Source of the DNA: an uncultured bacterium
GTDB taxonomy: Bacteria > CSSED10-310 > CAZUFC01
Assembly (NCBI GenBank): GCA_964619725.1
Contig: CAZUFC010000017.1
Location: forward strand, 21,708-85,707
Direction of reading: 5' to 3'
Length of the DNA: 64,000 nt
In this document: positions 28,558-37,986 of the stretch, in pieces
Layout of the letters: the number at the start of each line of letters is the position of its first letter
Numbering within the stretch: the first letter of the stretch is position 1
Notes under the pieces: generated by a model
Told to the model about the DNA's origin: nothing
What the model saw: only the letters and a program-made list of their open reading frames with translations
Database searches by the model: none
Position numbers and translations under genes: made by a program

Positions 28558-30270
28558 TCAGTCTCCGTTCCCATTTATCGGCGTCAACCGTCTCAGGTAT
28601 TCCTCTATCAGCCGATTTTGTTCTGCCTGTTGCAATTCCAGTTCTTCTATTCTTTTCTCCTGTTTCTTAACGATCTTAGTCAGAACGGCTATTATATTCA
28701 TTGTGCTTATGCTTTTTCCATCCGGACCTACGATAGATTCTGGAGATTCTTCCGCAATGAATCCCAGCATTTCCTCCGCCTTAGCCTTACTCTTTTTGTA
28801 TCTAACGGGATTCAACCCGGCTAGAGCATTCCTGGCATCTTGAATATCCAGAATACGGATTTCCGTCATATCGCCAAGCGCAGCATGCTGATGATAATTG
28901 TCAGCTATAACGTTACCGTTTACATCCAAGGCTTCTCCCGGGCTGTTTGTCCTGATTCCCACCGAACCATCTTTCGTAAAGTACATGACGTCGGTTCTTT
29001 CCGTGTAATCATGAAAAAGTTCCAAGTCCTGGGAATTCGGCGGAACCCTCATAACCCAGATAGTCGGGTCCGTTAAATACATCAACCTGTACCAAAGAAG
29101 TTCGGATGTCGCTGCATCGCCTCGCGCAGACATATAAAAACGGGCTCTATCGTTGCTCTGAGCGATAACGTCTGCGGTTCCGGAAGTATTCTCCATAAAG
29201 ACCATCTTTCCGTAATAATTCTCAGCCCTGGCATCCCCGTTCACATGGAGAAGAGTTCCCGGGTCGTTCGTACCTATACCCAATCTGTTATTGGTATTAT
29301 TGTAATACAGTTCAGCTCCCGCAGCATTGCCGTCGTTGTTGTAAATCAGTTGCATATTTGATCCTGCGACTGGTCCAGCAGGGCCATTAGGACCTGAAGG
29401 CCCGCGCTCACCCTGAGGGCCGGAAACGCCCTGAGGGCCGCTGGGCCCCTTTGATCCCTGAGGTCCCGAAGGTCCTGGTTCGCCCTGATTGCCGGGCTCT
29501 CCCTGCGGGCCGCTTGGTCCCCGAATTCCCTGGTTGCCTGAAGGACCGGTCGGTCCCCGGTCGCCTGCTTCGCCCTGCGGACCTGTCGGGCCTGTGGGGC
29601 CAACTGCTCCGGTATCTCCCGGCGGACCCGCCGGACCGCTGGGGCCTCGATCCCCCTGAACGCCGACAGGACCTGAAGGGCCGGTAGGGCCCTGTATACC
29701 AGCTTCACCTGCCGGACCCGAAGGTCCTGAAGGTCCCTGGTCGCCGATATCTCCCTGCGGGCCTGTCGGTCCCGTCAAACCGGAAGAAGGGCCGACCCAT
29801 TCGCCATATTCGTTAATGACCTCCCCTTTTTCATATCCCGGTATACTGACCGTTCTTGGATTTATGTCCGCCTCATATACATCCTCAGCCTGTAATGCCC
29901 TGCCTACGCCTGTCAATAGCTGCCTCGGCATCAGTGTCTCCGCCCCGCTCACTCCGTCGTCAATCTCTATTTCCAACCAGTAGGCCTCATTAAAATGCAT
30001 CTCCGAAGGAAATTCCAGGATAGACCCCATTTCTACATGAAAAATCCCACCTTCTGTCGAAACTCCCGGATGAACCTCCATCCAAAGCGGCGTACCGCCG
30101 GTTTCCTCGTCATAAATCCTGAAACTGAATGCAAAAATTCCCTCCAAGGGCTCACCCGTCGACGGATGCGTTATCTGACCCTGATAATTGATTGTCCTCG
30201 GGCCTTCAGCTCCTGCCGTGACTGAAAATATTACGAAAATCATGATCACTGCATATCTTATCCGTTCCAT
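28558..30270 (-). CDS. Secreted collagen-like trimeric fibre with C-terminal peptidase S74-like chaperone domain
   Basis: Signal peptide, INYQG N-terminal domain, 46 uninterrupted G-X-Y triplets, RLGIGT/VGIRT..P..LDVNG fibre repeats, LNPVRY...GFIAEE.PE and a terminal coiled coil. Confidence 0.88.
   Translation of the reverse strand: MERIRYAVIMIFVIFSVTAGAEGPRTINYQGQITHPSTGEPLEGIFAFSFRIYDEETGGTPLWMEVHPGVSTEGGIFHVEMGSILEFPSEMHFNEAYWLEIEIDDGVSGAETLMPRQLLTGVGRALQAEDVYEADINPRTVSIPGYEKGEVINEYGEWVGPSSGLTGPTGPQGDIGDQGPSGPSGPAGEAGIQGPTGPSGPVGVQGDRGPSGPAGPPGDTGAVGPTGPTGPQGEAGDRGPTGPSGNQGIRGPSGPQGEPGNQGEPGPSGPQGSKGPSGPQGVSGPQGERGPSGPNGPAGPVAGSNMQLIYNNDGNAAGAELYYNNTNNRLGIGTNDPGTLLHVNGDARAENYYGKMVFMENTSGTADVIAQSNDRARFYMSARGDAATSELLWYRLMYLTDPTIWVMRVPPNSQDLELFHDYTERTDVMYFTKDGSVGIRTNSPGEALDVNGNVIADNYHQHAALGDMTEIRILDIQDARNALAGLNPVRYKKSKAKAEEMLGFIAEESPESIVGPDGKSISTMNIIAVLTKIVKKQEKRIEELELQQAEQNRLIEEYLRRLTPINGNGD
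29369..29782 (-). repeat. Collagen G-X-Y coding repeat (46 triplets, mainly GPS/GPT/GPQ)
   Basis: Counted from GLT-GPT-GPQ to GPA-GPV in the translation; coordinates approximate. Confidence 0.85.
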
Positions 30271-30702
30271 TCTTCCTTCTCCCCGCTGTTTGCATAATCG
30301 TTTTAAATCTCCGAATTTTATTGTACCGTCGCTCACTTGCTCCTCGAATAATAAAACAAAATTCCTTCCTATTTCACGAAAACCTCACATCTTCAATCAA
30401 TTGTTATTATTCCAGCCTCCTTTGTTGAGGTTTCAAACTGTCGTCAATCACTTACAGTTATAAAGAGAAAAATAGTAAAAGCAAGAAATAGTCGATCAAA
30501 CTGTCTGAATATTTTAAATCGCAACGTGCACAGTACAACCCGCATTCCGATATTCTTTATGCTTCGATATCGACTCCCTTCTCCTTATTTTGAAGCGCAC
30601 CTTCGGTTCTTCACTTATTCATAAAATATTTTCTGAAACCCATCAATGCAAAAGTGAATCCTAATAATGAGGCCATTGGGGTCTGAAGCGAGGGGACGTA
30701 AT

Positions 30703-30939
30703 ATGAGAGAGTGCATCATTGTTCAAAAATTTACGGAATATTATGACGGAGAAATAAATGAAAGGGATCGGCAAATGATCGAAAATCAATTGAGCGTCTG
30801 TCCCAATTGTAAAAAATGTTACGAAGCATACAAAATTGCGGTGGATATTTGCCGACGTCTAAACAAAGAACAAATGCCCCCCTACTTGCATATAAAATTA
30901 ATAAGACGCCTGCGCCTTGAATACGAGAAGAATTATTGA
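30703..30939 (+). CDS. Small zf-HC2 (ZAS anti-sigma-like) zinc-finger protein
   Basis: C...YYDGEI...IENQLSVCPNC (HxxxCxxC with His replaced by Gln); AGGGGA RBS. Confidence 0.7.
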   Translation: MRECIIVQKFTEYYDGEINERDRQMIENQLSVCPNCKKCYEAYKIAVDICRRLNKEQMPPYLHIKLIRRLRLEYEKNY

Positions 30940-31060
30940 GATGAAATAATGATCCGAACATTCAGGTCCGAACCCTTTTCAAGCCGTTCCGTATATTCTC
31001 ATCCGGAACTTAAATCGGAATTGATTATGAATTAAGGAAGTGAATTTGTAAGGAGTGTAA

Positions 31061-32023
31061 ATGAACTCAAAAATTTCAAGGCGTAATTTCCTCAAAGCAG
31101 GGCTGACGATGGCCTGTAGTATCGCTGCTGCCGGTCCCGCGGGAAGGGCTGCAGCAGCGTTTGAAAAAAAGGAGTTGCTTGCAACTTTAATCGACGTCCG
31201 CAAGTGCATAGGCTGCGAGGCATGTGTTTACGCCTGCCGGGAAGCGAATGCCGGCAAATTTCCGGAACCGGAAAAGCCTTTTCCCAGGATGTATCCCGAC
31301 CGTGTTCCCGTAATGGACTGGTCCGGGAAAAGGGATGTAACCGACAGGCTGACGCCTTACAACTGGCTTTATATTCAAAGGGCGTCCGTAGAAATAAACG
31401 GAAAAAAAACCGATATCTCACTCCCCAGAAGATGTATGCACTGCGTTAATCCTCCCTGCGTCAGGCTTTGTCCCTGGGGCGCCGCACGACAGTACGATGA
31501 CGGTATATCCGCCATTGATCCGGAATTATGTCTGGGGGGTTCGAAATGTAAAAATGTTTGTCCCTGGGGCATTCCTGAACGGCAGACAGGCGTCGGACTC
31601 TATCTGGATTTTCTGCCCTCACTGGCCGGGAATGGAGTCATGTACAAATGCGACAGATGCGTCGACCGGATCAGAAAAGGAGGAATTCCCGCTTGCATCG
31701 AGGCGTGTCCTGAACATGTTCAGTCCATTGGCCCCCGGGAGGAGATTCTGAGGAAGGCTCATCAGATTGCGGAAGAAATCGATGGATATATTTACGGCGA
31801 ACATGAAAACGGCGGAACGAATACGATATATGTTTCTCCCGTACCGTTCCAGGAGCTCAATGAAGCGATAGACAAAGGTAAAGGAAAACCGCATTTGCAG
31901 CGCGTCAAAGATAAAATGGCGGCGGGGAATAATCTCGCTAAAGCTATGATAATCGCTCCTGTTGCCGGCGTCGCAGCGGCTTTCGGAAAGTTTTACCGAA
32001 CGATGAGGGAGGATGACAAGTGA
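31061..32023 (+). CDS. Tat-exported multi-4Fe-4S protein (DmsB/FdnH-like)
   Basis: SRRNFLK Tat signal; CIGCEACVYAC, CMHCVNPPCVRLCP, CLGGSKCKNVCP and KCDRC...PACIEACP. Confidence 0.9.
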   Translation: MNSKISRRNFLKAGLTMACSIAAAGPAGRAAAAFEKKELLATLIDVRKCIGCEACVYACREANAGKFPEPEKPFPRMYPDRVPVMDWSGKRDVTDRLTPYNWLYIQRASVEINGKKTDISLPRRCMHCVNPPCVRLCPWGAARQYDDGISAIDPELCLGGSKCKNVCPWGIPERQTGVGLYLDFLPSLAGNGVMYKCDRCVDRIRKGGIPACIEACPEHVQSIGPREEILRKAHQIAEEIDGYIYGEHENGGTNTIYVSPVPFQELNEAIDKGKGKPHLQRVKDKMAAGNNLAKAMIIAPVAGVAAAFGKFYRTMREDDK

Positions 32024-32505
32024 AGCGGCAGGGCAATCTTTTAAATAACCGCAGCTCCATTTACGTAAAATATATCTATCGCATCGGCCTGCTGTTCCTT
32101 TTCCTGTCGGGGTTCGCTCAAATGCCTATATTCAAAAGATATTATATTGCCGATATGCCAGGGTTGGGGTGGCTGGCCGACTTCTATGCAACTCATTTTA
32201 TGCATTACCTTTTTGCCTTTATTCTGATTGCCCTGGCCGCCTATGTGATGACGGACAGATTTCTTCATCGCAGCGATCCAAGCAGAATCACCGCCTTCGG
32301 GTATGTCAAAGGCGCATTGATAACCGGCCTTATCCTGACAGGAGCGCTTCTCGTCGTCAAAAATTTTACCGGCACTCCCTTTTCACCGAACACGGTCTTC
32401 CTCCTGGACGTATTACATCTCGCTCTGGCAGTCGCCTTGCTTTTTACCGGTTTGCTGAGTCTTGTCCTGCGCAAAAAATGGATTGCCGGACTAAAGAATG
32501 GGTAG
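32020..32505 (+). CDS. Four-TM membrane partner of the Fe-S protein (cytochrome b-like)
   Basis: GTGA overlap with the upstream gene; SGFAQMPIFKRYYIAD.PG motif; His residues within TM helices. Confidence 0.72.
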   Translation: MKRQGNLLNNRSSIYVKYIYRIGLLFLFLSGFAQMPIFKRYYIADMPGLGWLADFYATHFMHYLFAFILIALAAYVMTDRFLHRSDPSRITAFGYVKGALITGLILTGALLVVKNFTGTPFSPNTVFLLDVLHLALAVALLFTGLLSLVLRKKWIAGLKNG

Positions 32506-32869
32506 GAGGATGGTCGGAACAGAGAATTCGATGCGGCATCAAGTTAGAAAGCTTGCGAATAAACGTTTCTTTGCATCTGGAGATGTGAAGATTATAATCG
32601 GGCCCCTGTCGTCTCAGGATCACCGGCGGCGACGAAGCCGCATCGGCTTTTGGAAAAGCGTTTTCGCCGTCCGGTTCATCCCTGGGTCAGGCAATAATAT
32701 CAGCCACGGATAAACACGGATGATTAATAAACGAATCGCTTGACTTGAATTTAACTTTTTCCTTACCGAAATTAATAAGCAAGGCGACGCTTATTTCCGT
32801 AGCCTTCAATTGATTCAACAATTGCGGTTCATCTTTGGAACGGTGACTTCTATGCTTTTTTGGGGACTT

Positions 32870-33025
32870 ATCAAACAGGATTAAACTTTTTCAAAACGTT
32901 TGACAGGTTGTTTCAGGAATCGGACTCGGTATCAGGATCGCAATCGGGGTCGGTATCGAAATCGAAACAAAATGTTCGGATACTCGGAAGAACTGTAACC
33001 TCAAAAGTCGAATTTTTGATCAATG
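32870..33025. repeat. Dispersed intergenic repeat, copy 1
   Basis: Shares collinear blocks TTTCAAAAC.TTTGACAG, TCGGTATCGAAATCGAAACA, TGTAACCTCAAAAG and TTTTTGATCAATG with 46994-47133. Confidence 0.8.
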
Positions 33026-33077
33026 ACTCTTTTTCAAAAAGACCGTCCATCCACTGTCCAGCATTTCTCTACATACA

Positions 33078-33299
33078 TCAAACGCAGGGATGCTTTTTCA
33101 CATCTCCATGACATTTGCGTATCTGCTCCGGCGTACAATCGCCGGGACGGCCTTTCAAACTCTCGGGATGCTCGCATTCCTGCTTGACGCAAGGATGCTC
33201 CTTAACTTCACCGTGACACTTTCTTATCTGCTCCGGACTGCACTCCTTCACATCCGCTTTCTTAACATCCTCGTTTTGACATTCCTTTTTCCGACACAT
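33078..33299 (-). CDS. Small Cys/His-rich duplicated-motif protein (candidate metal binder)
   Basis: AGGAGG RBS; two copies of C[ST]PEQIRKCHG[ED]VK[EK]HPCV; directly downstream of an ArsR gene. Confidence 0.8.
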   Translation of the reverse strand: MCRKKECQNEDVKKADVKECSPEQIRKCHGEVKEHPCVKQECEHPESLKGRPGDCTPEQIRKCHGDVKKHPCV

Positions 33300-33335
33300 T
33301 TTTTTCCTCCTTTTACTAATGATAAATATTGATCC

Positions 33336-33623
33336 TTAAATTTCCTCTTCACTCTCCAGAAGTTTATTCATTGCGTTTCTCCATTTATCGAGAGTTTCCC
33401 GGTTAATCGCATAATGCACGAAATATCCTCGCTTTTGGGAAACCACCAGGTCTATATCCCTGAGAATCCTCAAATGTTGCGATACGGCTGCAGGCGATAT
33501 GTCAAGCTGGGCCGCCAGAGCGTTCACGCAAAGCATCCTCTTTTTCAGAAGCTGAATAATGCGTATACGCTTGTCCGTCGCCAGGGCCTTTAATATTCTT
33601 TCAAGCTTTTGAACTTCATCCAT
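33336..33623 (-). CDS. ArsR/SmtB-family transcriptional repressor
   Basis: LKALA...RIRIIQLL...LCVNALA..LDISPAAVSQHLRILR..LV...RG..VHY. Confidence 0.93.
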   Translation of the reverse strand: MDEVQKLERILKALATDKRIRIIQLLKKRMLCVNALAAQLDISPAAVSQHLRILRDIDLVVSQKRGYFVHYAINRETLDKWRNAMNKLLESEEEI

Positions 33624-33636
33624 TTGCACCGCATCC

Positions 33637-33683
33637 TTTTAAGCGGCTGCTTAAAAACTAAATTACTTCGACAATCATGTCAA
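33637..33683 (-). promoter_or_regulatory. ArsR operon promoter with operator palindrome
   Basis: TTGACA-N17-TAGTTT, immediately followed by the inverted repeat TTTTAAGC-N4-GCTTAAAA (33637-33656). Confidence 0.72.
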
Positions 33684-33790
33684 GTTAATTTGAGTATTTT
33701 TTTACCTTTAAGGGGGGCAAATAAAATCAGCGTCCCCGGTCATAATGTTTTTACATTTTTTATGATCGTCCGGCGTCAGGCAAATGCATT

Positions 33791-34906
33791 TTACTGGTAA
33801 AGGTTTTTGCGAATAATGCGCTTCAATCCTTGATCGGCATCAATATTACCGGGTTGTTGAGCCAGAACGCGTCGGTAGAAATTTTCAGCCATGTCGTAAT
33901 TGCCGGCCTGTTCGAAGGTTCTGGCGATGGCGAGGTCTCTTTTAACGGCATTAGCGACGAGAGGGTTTTTGCTTCGGGAGCGAGCGGCCGGTGATGCGTG
34001 GCGTGCGCTTTTCAGGAGATAAGCGGCAGCGCCTCCGATGGCGAATCCGCCGACATGTGCCCAGAAGGCGACGCTGGAGAATTCGCCGACGGTTGAGGAA
34101 AGCAGAGCGTTGCTGAGTTCTCTGATGAACCAGAAGAGGAGCGCTGCTTTGGCGGGTATATGGACAACGCCCCAACCGATGAGCAGGAAGAACCAGAAGA
34201 ATTTAATTTTAGCCTGTCTATGGGTGATCATAAAAGCGCCCATGAGGCCGGCGATGGCTCCTGAAGCGCCGACGATGGGTATATCGCTGCCGGGCGAAAC
34301 GGCAACCTGGGCCAGTCCGGCGCCGACGCCGAAGAGCAGGTATAGCAGGATGAATTTCGATCTTCCCCAGGCGTCTTCCATGGCGTATCCGGCGAGCCAG
34401 AGAAAAAAGAGGTTTCCGATCAGGTGCAGCCAGCTTCCGTGAAGGAACATGTATGTAATCAGGTCATGGAAGTTGAGTTCTTCCGGAATAAGGCCGTATT
34501 GGTACGAGGGAAAGTTTTTTTTGTATTCATTGATTTCGGCGTTGAATTCGTGCAATGTTCTGATCATATCATCCGGGGCTTCCGTCTCACCTTTGAGAAT
34601 TTTATCTTCAAAGGCTCTAAGTTTATCTTCAAGACGTTGGATTTCCTGCACGGTGATCTGACTGCCAGGATCATAGGAATAAGAATCTTCAAAAACGTTT
34701 TTCACTTCCTGAAAATCAGTTTCCAGCATATACTCGAGCAGAATTTTTCTCTTTTCACCGATCAGTTCTTCAAGGTAATAGATTTGGGTCTCTGTAGGTT
34801 TGGATTGTGAGAGGAAAACCAGGAACAGAACGACCATGAGAGTCACAGTAATTATGGGTCTTTTTTTGACTCTCCGATCGTGTCCTATAGGAAAAAAGAA
34901 AAACAT
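33791..34906 (-). CDS. Rhomboid intramembrane serine protease with soluble insertion and C-terminal TPR
   Basis: MFLHGSWLHLIGN, VGASGAI and WAHVGG. Confidence 0.92.
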   Translation of the reverse strand: MFFFFPIGHDRRVKKRPIITVTLMVVLFLVFLSQSKPTETQIYYLEELIGEKRKILLEYMLETDFQEVKNVFEDSYSYDPGSQITVQEIQRLEDKLRAFEDKILKGETEAPDDMIRTLHEFNAEINEYKKNFPSYQYGLIPEELNFHDLITYMFLHGSWLHLIGNLFFLWLAGYAMEDAWGRSKFILLYLLFGVGAGLAQVAVSPGSDIPIVGASGAIAGLMGAFMITHRQAKIKFFWFFLLIGWGVVHIPAKAALLFWFIRELSNALLSSTVGEFSSVAFWAHVGGFAIGGAAAYLLKSARHASPAARSRSKNPLVANAVKRDLAIARTFEQAGNYDMAENFYRRVLAQQPGNIDADQGLKRIIRKNLYQ

Positions 34907-34909
34907 GGA

Positions 34910-35761
34910 TTAATCCGATCTACCGTAAAGATCGGCATGATAGGAGCTTCTGACGAGGGGTCCTGATTCGACGTGACGGAACCCCATGTTGAGGGCTTTT
35001 TGTTTCAATTCGTCAAATTCATCGGGAGTGACGTATCTGTGGAGCGGCAGATGTTTTTTTGAGGGTTGGAGATATTGACCGAGGGTCAGCATTCTGCATC
35101 CGGTTGAGTGTAAATCCTGGAAAACTTCGAGTATTTCTGAAATGGATTCCCCCATCCCCAGCATAAGTCCGCTTTTGACCTTCAATCCATGGTTATAAAA
35201 AAAACGTAGAACGTTTAAGGAGCGCGAGTAATCGGCTTCCGGTCTGACTATGGGGTAAAGCCGGGGGACGGTTTCCACATTGTGATTAAGGACGTCCGGC
35301 GGTTCTTCAAGAATGATGCGGAAAGATTCGGTTTTGCCCATGAAATCGGGAATAAGCGTTTCAATGCCGGCATCCGGCAAATGTTTTCTGATCCGTTTTA
35401 CGGTTTCAGCGAAATGACGGGCGCCGCCGTCATCCAGGTCGTCTCGGGTGACCGAAGTAACGACGACGTAATTCAGGCCAAGCGCCTCGGCGGCCAGCGC
35501 GGTATTTTCCGGTTCATCAGGGTCCGGCTCCCCGGGGCTTCCTTTGGCAACGTTGCAGAACCGGCAGTTGCGAGTGCACAGGTCGCCCAGGATCATAAAA
35601 GTTGCGGTTCCGCGATTCCAGCATTCACCGAGATTCGGACAGGCAGCGCTTTCGCAAACGGTGTTAAGTTTATATTTTTTAAGGTTTTTCTTTACTTTTG
35701 CATAGGACTCTCCGCCTCCCAGTTCAGTTTTCAACCAGTGCGGATGTCGTTTCATTTTCAT
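34910..35761 (-). CDS. lipA: Lipoyl synthase
   Basis: TVCESAACPNLGEC, CTRNCRFC and VRSSYHA. Confidence 0.97.
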   Translation of the reverse strand: MKMKRHPHWLKTELGGGESYAKVKKNLKKYKLNTVCESAACPNLGECWNRGTATFMILGDLCTRNCRFCNVAKGSPGEPDPDEPENTALAAEALGLNYVVVTSVTRDDLDDGGARHFAETVKRIRKHLPDAGIETLIPDFMGKTESFRIILEEPPDVLNHNVETVPRLYPIVRPEADYSRSLNVLRFFYNHGLKVKSGLMLGMGESISEILEVFQDLHSTGCRMLTLGQYLQPSKKHLPLHRYVTPDEFDELKQKALNMGFRHVESGPLVRSSYHADLYGRSD

Positions 35762-37757
35762 CTTTTATCCTTTCAAATTGGCGGTTAGAGTGAACGGGGC
35801 AAATTTTGGAGGGAAGGTTATCGATTTTATAGTATACGTTCGCCTTGACGGGACAATTATCCACCGCTATTTGACCGGTATCCCTGCAAATTTCAACGCG
35901 AGCCAGTCCTGGAGGAGCGATGAATTTTTCTTCGGGATGTCGAGCTATAACGGCGCTCATGAAATCCATCCACACAGGCAAAGCGGCCCGGCTTCCTGAT
36001 TCTCCCGAGCCGAGTGATTTTTTCTGATCGAAACCGACCCATACACCGCAAGTAAGGGAAGGCGAGAAGCCCATGAACCAGGCATCGGTATAATCGTCTG
36101 TAGTGCCGGTTTTTCCGGCCAGAGGGTGATTAAGTCTGGCCGCTCTGATGCCGGTTCCTCTTTGAATGACGCTTTCCAGCATGGCTATAAGCTGAAAGGC
36201 TGATTTTTCATCAATGGCCGCCGCTGTTTCGATCTCATTTTTGTATATAACCCGTCCGTCATTATCGATAACTTTTTTAATATAAAAGGGTTTCGTTCTT
36301 AATCCTTTCGCAGCGACGGTCGAATAGGCCCTTGTCATTTCCAGAAGAGAAAATTCGGACGTTCCAAGCGCCAGTGAAAGAAAAGGCTGTATGTTGCTTT
36401 CAATCCCCAATGCTCTCGCCGTTTCAATTACCGAATCTATGCCCAGTTTATCCAGAAGCTTGATTGCCGCTATGTTTATCGACCTGTCGAGCGCTTCAAG
36501 CAGAGTAACAGGCCCGGCATAATCGCTGGAATGGTAATTACGGGGTTCCCAACTGCGTTTCGTATAGGGGTTCTTATACAACACCGGCGCATCGACGATG
36601 ATGGTCGACGGCGACATACCCCTTTTCAGCGCCGTCAGAAATATGAAAGGCTTAAACGCCGATCCGACCTGACGATAAGCCTGCACCGCCCGATTAAAAC
36701 GACTCTGCTCAAAATCTACTCCGCCCACCATAGCCTTTATTCCGCCTGTTTTCTGATCGACAGCCACAAGCGCAACCTGCATAGTTTCTTCACCCTTCAT
36801 CTCAGGGTGTCGCTCGTAATACTGCTCCGCTCCCGTCGCCGCAGCAGACTCCGCGGCCTTCTGCATCTCGACGTCCAGAGTCGTATGCACTGTCATTCCC
36901 TTCTTGTATATGGCATCTGAACCGAATTTCTCCTGCAGTATTTTTCTTACTTCTTCAACAAAATATTTCCCGGGTTCTTCTTTTCTTTTGCGGTTTGCGG
37001 TCACTACAGGTTTAAGCAAGGCTTCCCGGGCCGTATCGTTCGATATGAATCCTTTTTCCGCCATCATTTTTAACGCTAAATTTCTGCGATTGAGCGCCCT
37101 TTCAGGATGTTTCAGGGGAGAATATATTTCAGGGGCTTTCAGAAGGGCAGCGATAAGCGCAAATTCTTCCAATCCGCATTCTCTCAATTTTTTACCGAAG
37201 TAATAACGAGCGGCGGATTCAGCTCCATAATTGCCGTGACCGAAATATATCTGATTAATATAAAGCATCAAAATTTCGTCTTTGGTATATCGTCGTTCAA
37301 TCTGTATCGCCAGAAATGCTTCTTTGACTTTCCTGGAAATAGTTTTAGCAGGAGTCAGAAACAGCGTTTTAGCCAATTGCTGGGTGATGGTGCTGGCGCC
37401 CTGTTCCGGAGCGCCTGCCAGGATATCCTTCCAGAGGGCTCGCATTATACCGGGCAAATCAATACCCCAATGATTGTAAAAATCAGCATCCTCTGCCGCC
37501 AGCACAGCCTTTATGAATAATTCCGGGACTTCATGCCGCTCCAGAATAATACGGCGTTCCAGAAAAAACTCTTTCAGCAAAGTTCCGTCATCGGCAGTAA
37601 CCCTGGTTATCAGGCTTGGTTTGTAATTTTCCAGTTCTGATACGTCCGGCAGGTAATGAACCTGGTAGGTCACCAATCCGACGCCGCATAGAAGCCCCAG
37701 TCCGACAGCCGTCAATATCAATCCTGCCCATAATTTAATTTTTCTCTTGAAACCCAT
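35724..37757 (-). CDS. Class A penicillin-binding protein (PBP1A family)
   Basis: Glycosyltransferase motifs AEDADFYNH, GASTITQQL and RKVKE; transpeptidase motifs SAFK, SIN and KTG. Likely start MGFKRK at 37757; the longer ORF-track start overlaps the divergent gene. Confidence 0.94.
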   Translation of the reverse strand: MGFKRKIKLWAGLILTAVGLGLLCGVGLVTYQVHYLPDVSELENYKPSLITRVTADDGTLLKEFFLERRIILERHEVPELFIKAVLAAEDADFYNHWGIDLPGIMRALWKDILAGAPEQGASTITQQLAKTLFLTPAKTISRKVKEAFLAIQIERRYTKDEILMLYINQIYFGHGNYGAESAARYYFGKKLRECGLEEFALIAALLKAPEIYSPLKHPERALNRRNLALKMMAEKGFISNDTAREALLKPVVTANRKRKEEPGKYFVEEVRKILQEKFGSDAIYKKGMTVHTTLDVEMQKAAESAAATGAEQYYERHPEMKGEETMQVALVAVDQKTGGIKAMVGGVDFEQSRFNRAVQAYRQVGSAFKPFIFLTALKRGMSPSTIIVDAPVLYKNPYTKRSWEPRNYHSSDYAGPVTLLEALDRSINIAAIKLLDKLGIDSVIETARALGIESNIQPFLSLALGTSEFSLLEMTRAYSTVAAKGLRTKPFYIKKVIDNDGRVIYKNEIETAAAIDEKSAFQLIAMLESVIQRGTGIRAARLNHPLAGKTGTTDDYTDAWFMGFSPSLTCGVWVGFDQKKSLGSGESGSRAALPVWMDFMSAVIARHPEEKFIAPPGLARVEICRDTGQIAVDNCPVKANVYYKIDNLPSKICPVHSNRQFERIKDENETTSALVEN

Positions 37758-37986
37758 TGATACGTCCGTATGTTCAGAAAAGACCGAACGACGGCCTCCC
37801 TGACCTTTCATTTTTAACCTATCACATCGGTCGGTTCCGGAAAAGGAAAAGAGGGATTCATGTTGTAACGCAGAGCGCCCTGTGTTATCATAAATTCCAT
37901 CGGCCGTCGGACCGTAACGAAAAAGCGGCTCATCAGAAATCAATGGTCGCTTGACGAGTCGACCTTTCGCCCGGCAGCCTTGCGAT

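Noticed and set aside
28558-30270. Prophage tail fibre or prophage
   Set aside because: The protein has a Sec signal peptide and there are no phage genes around it.
33070-33085. Selenocysteine readthrough at the TGA ending the Cys-rich protein
   Set aside because: Readthrough adds only two residues before a TAG, and no SECIS-like hairpin is evident.
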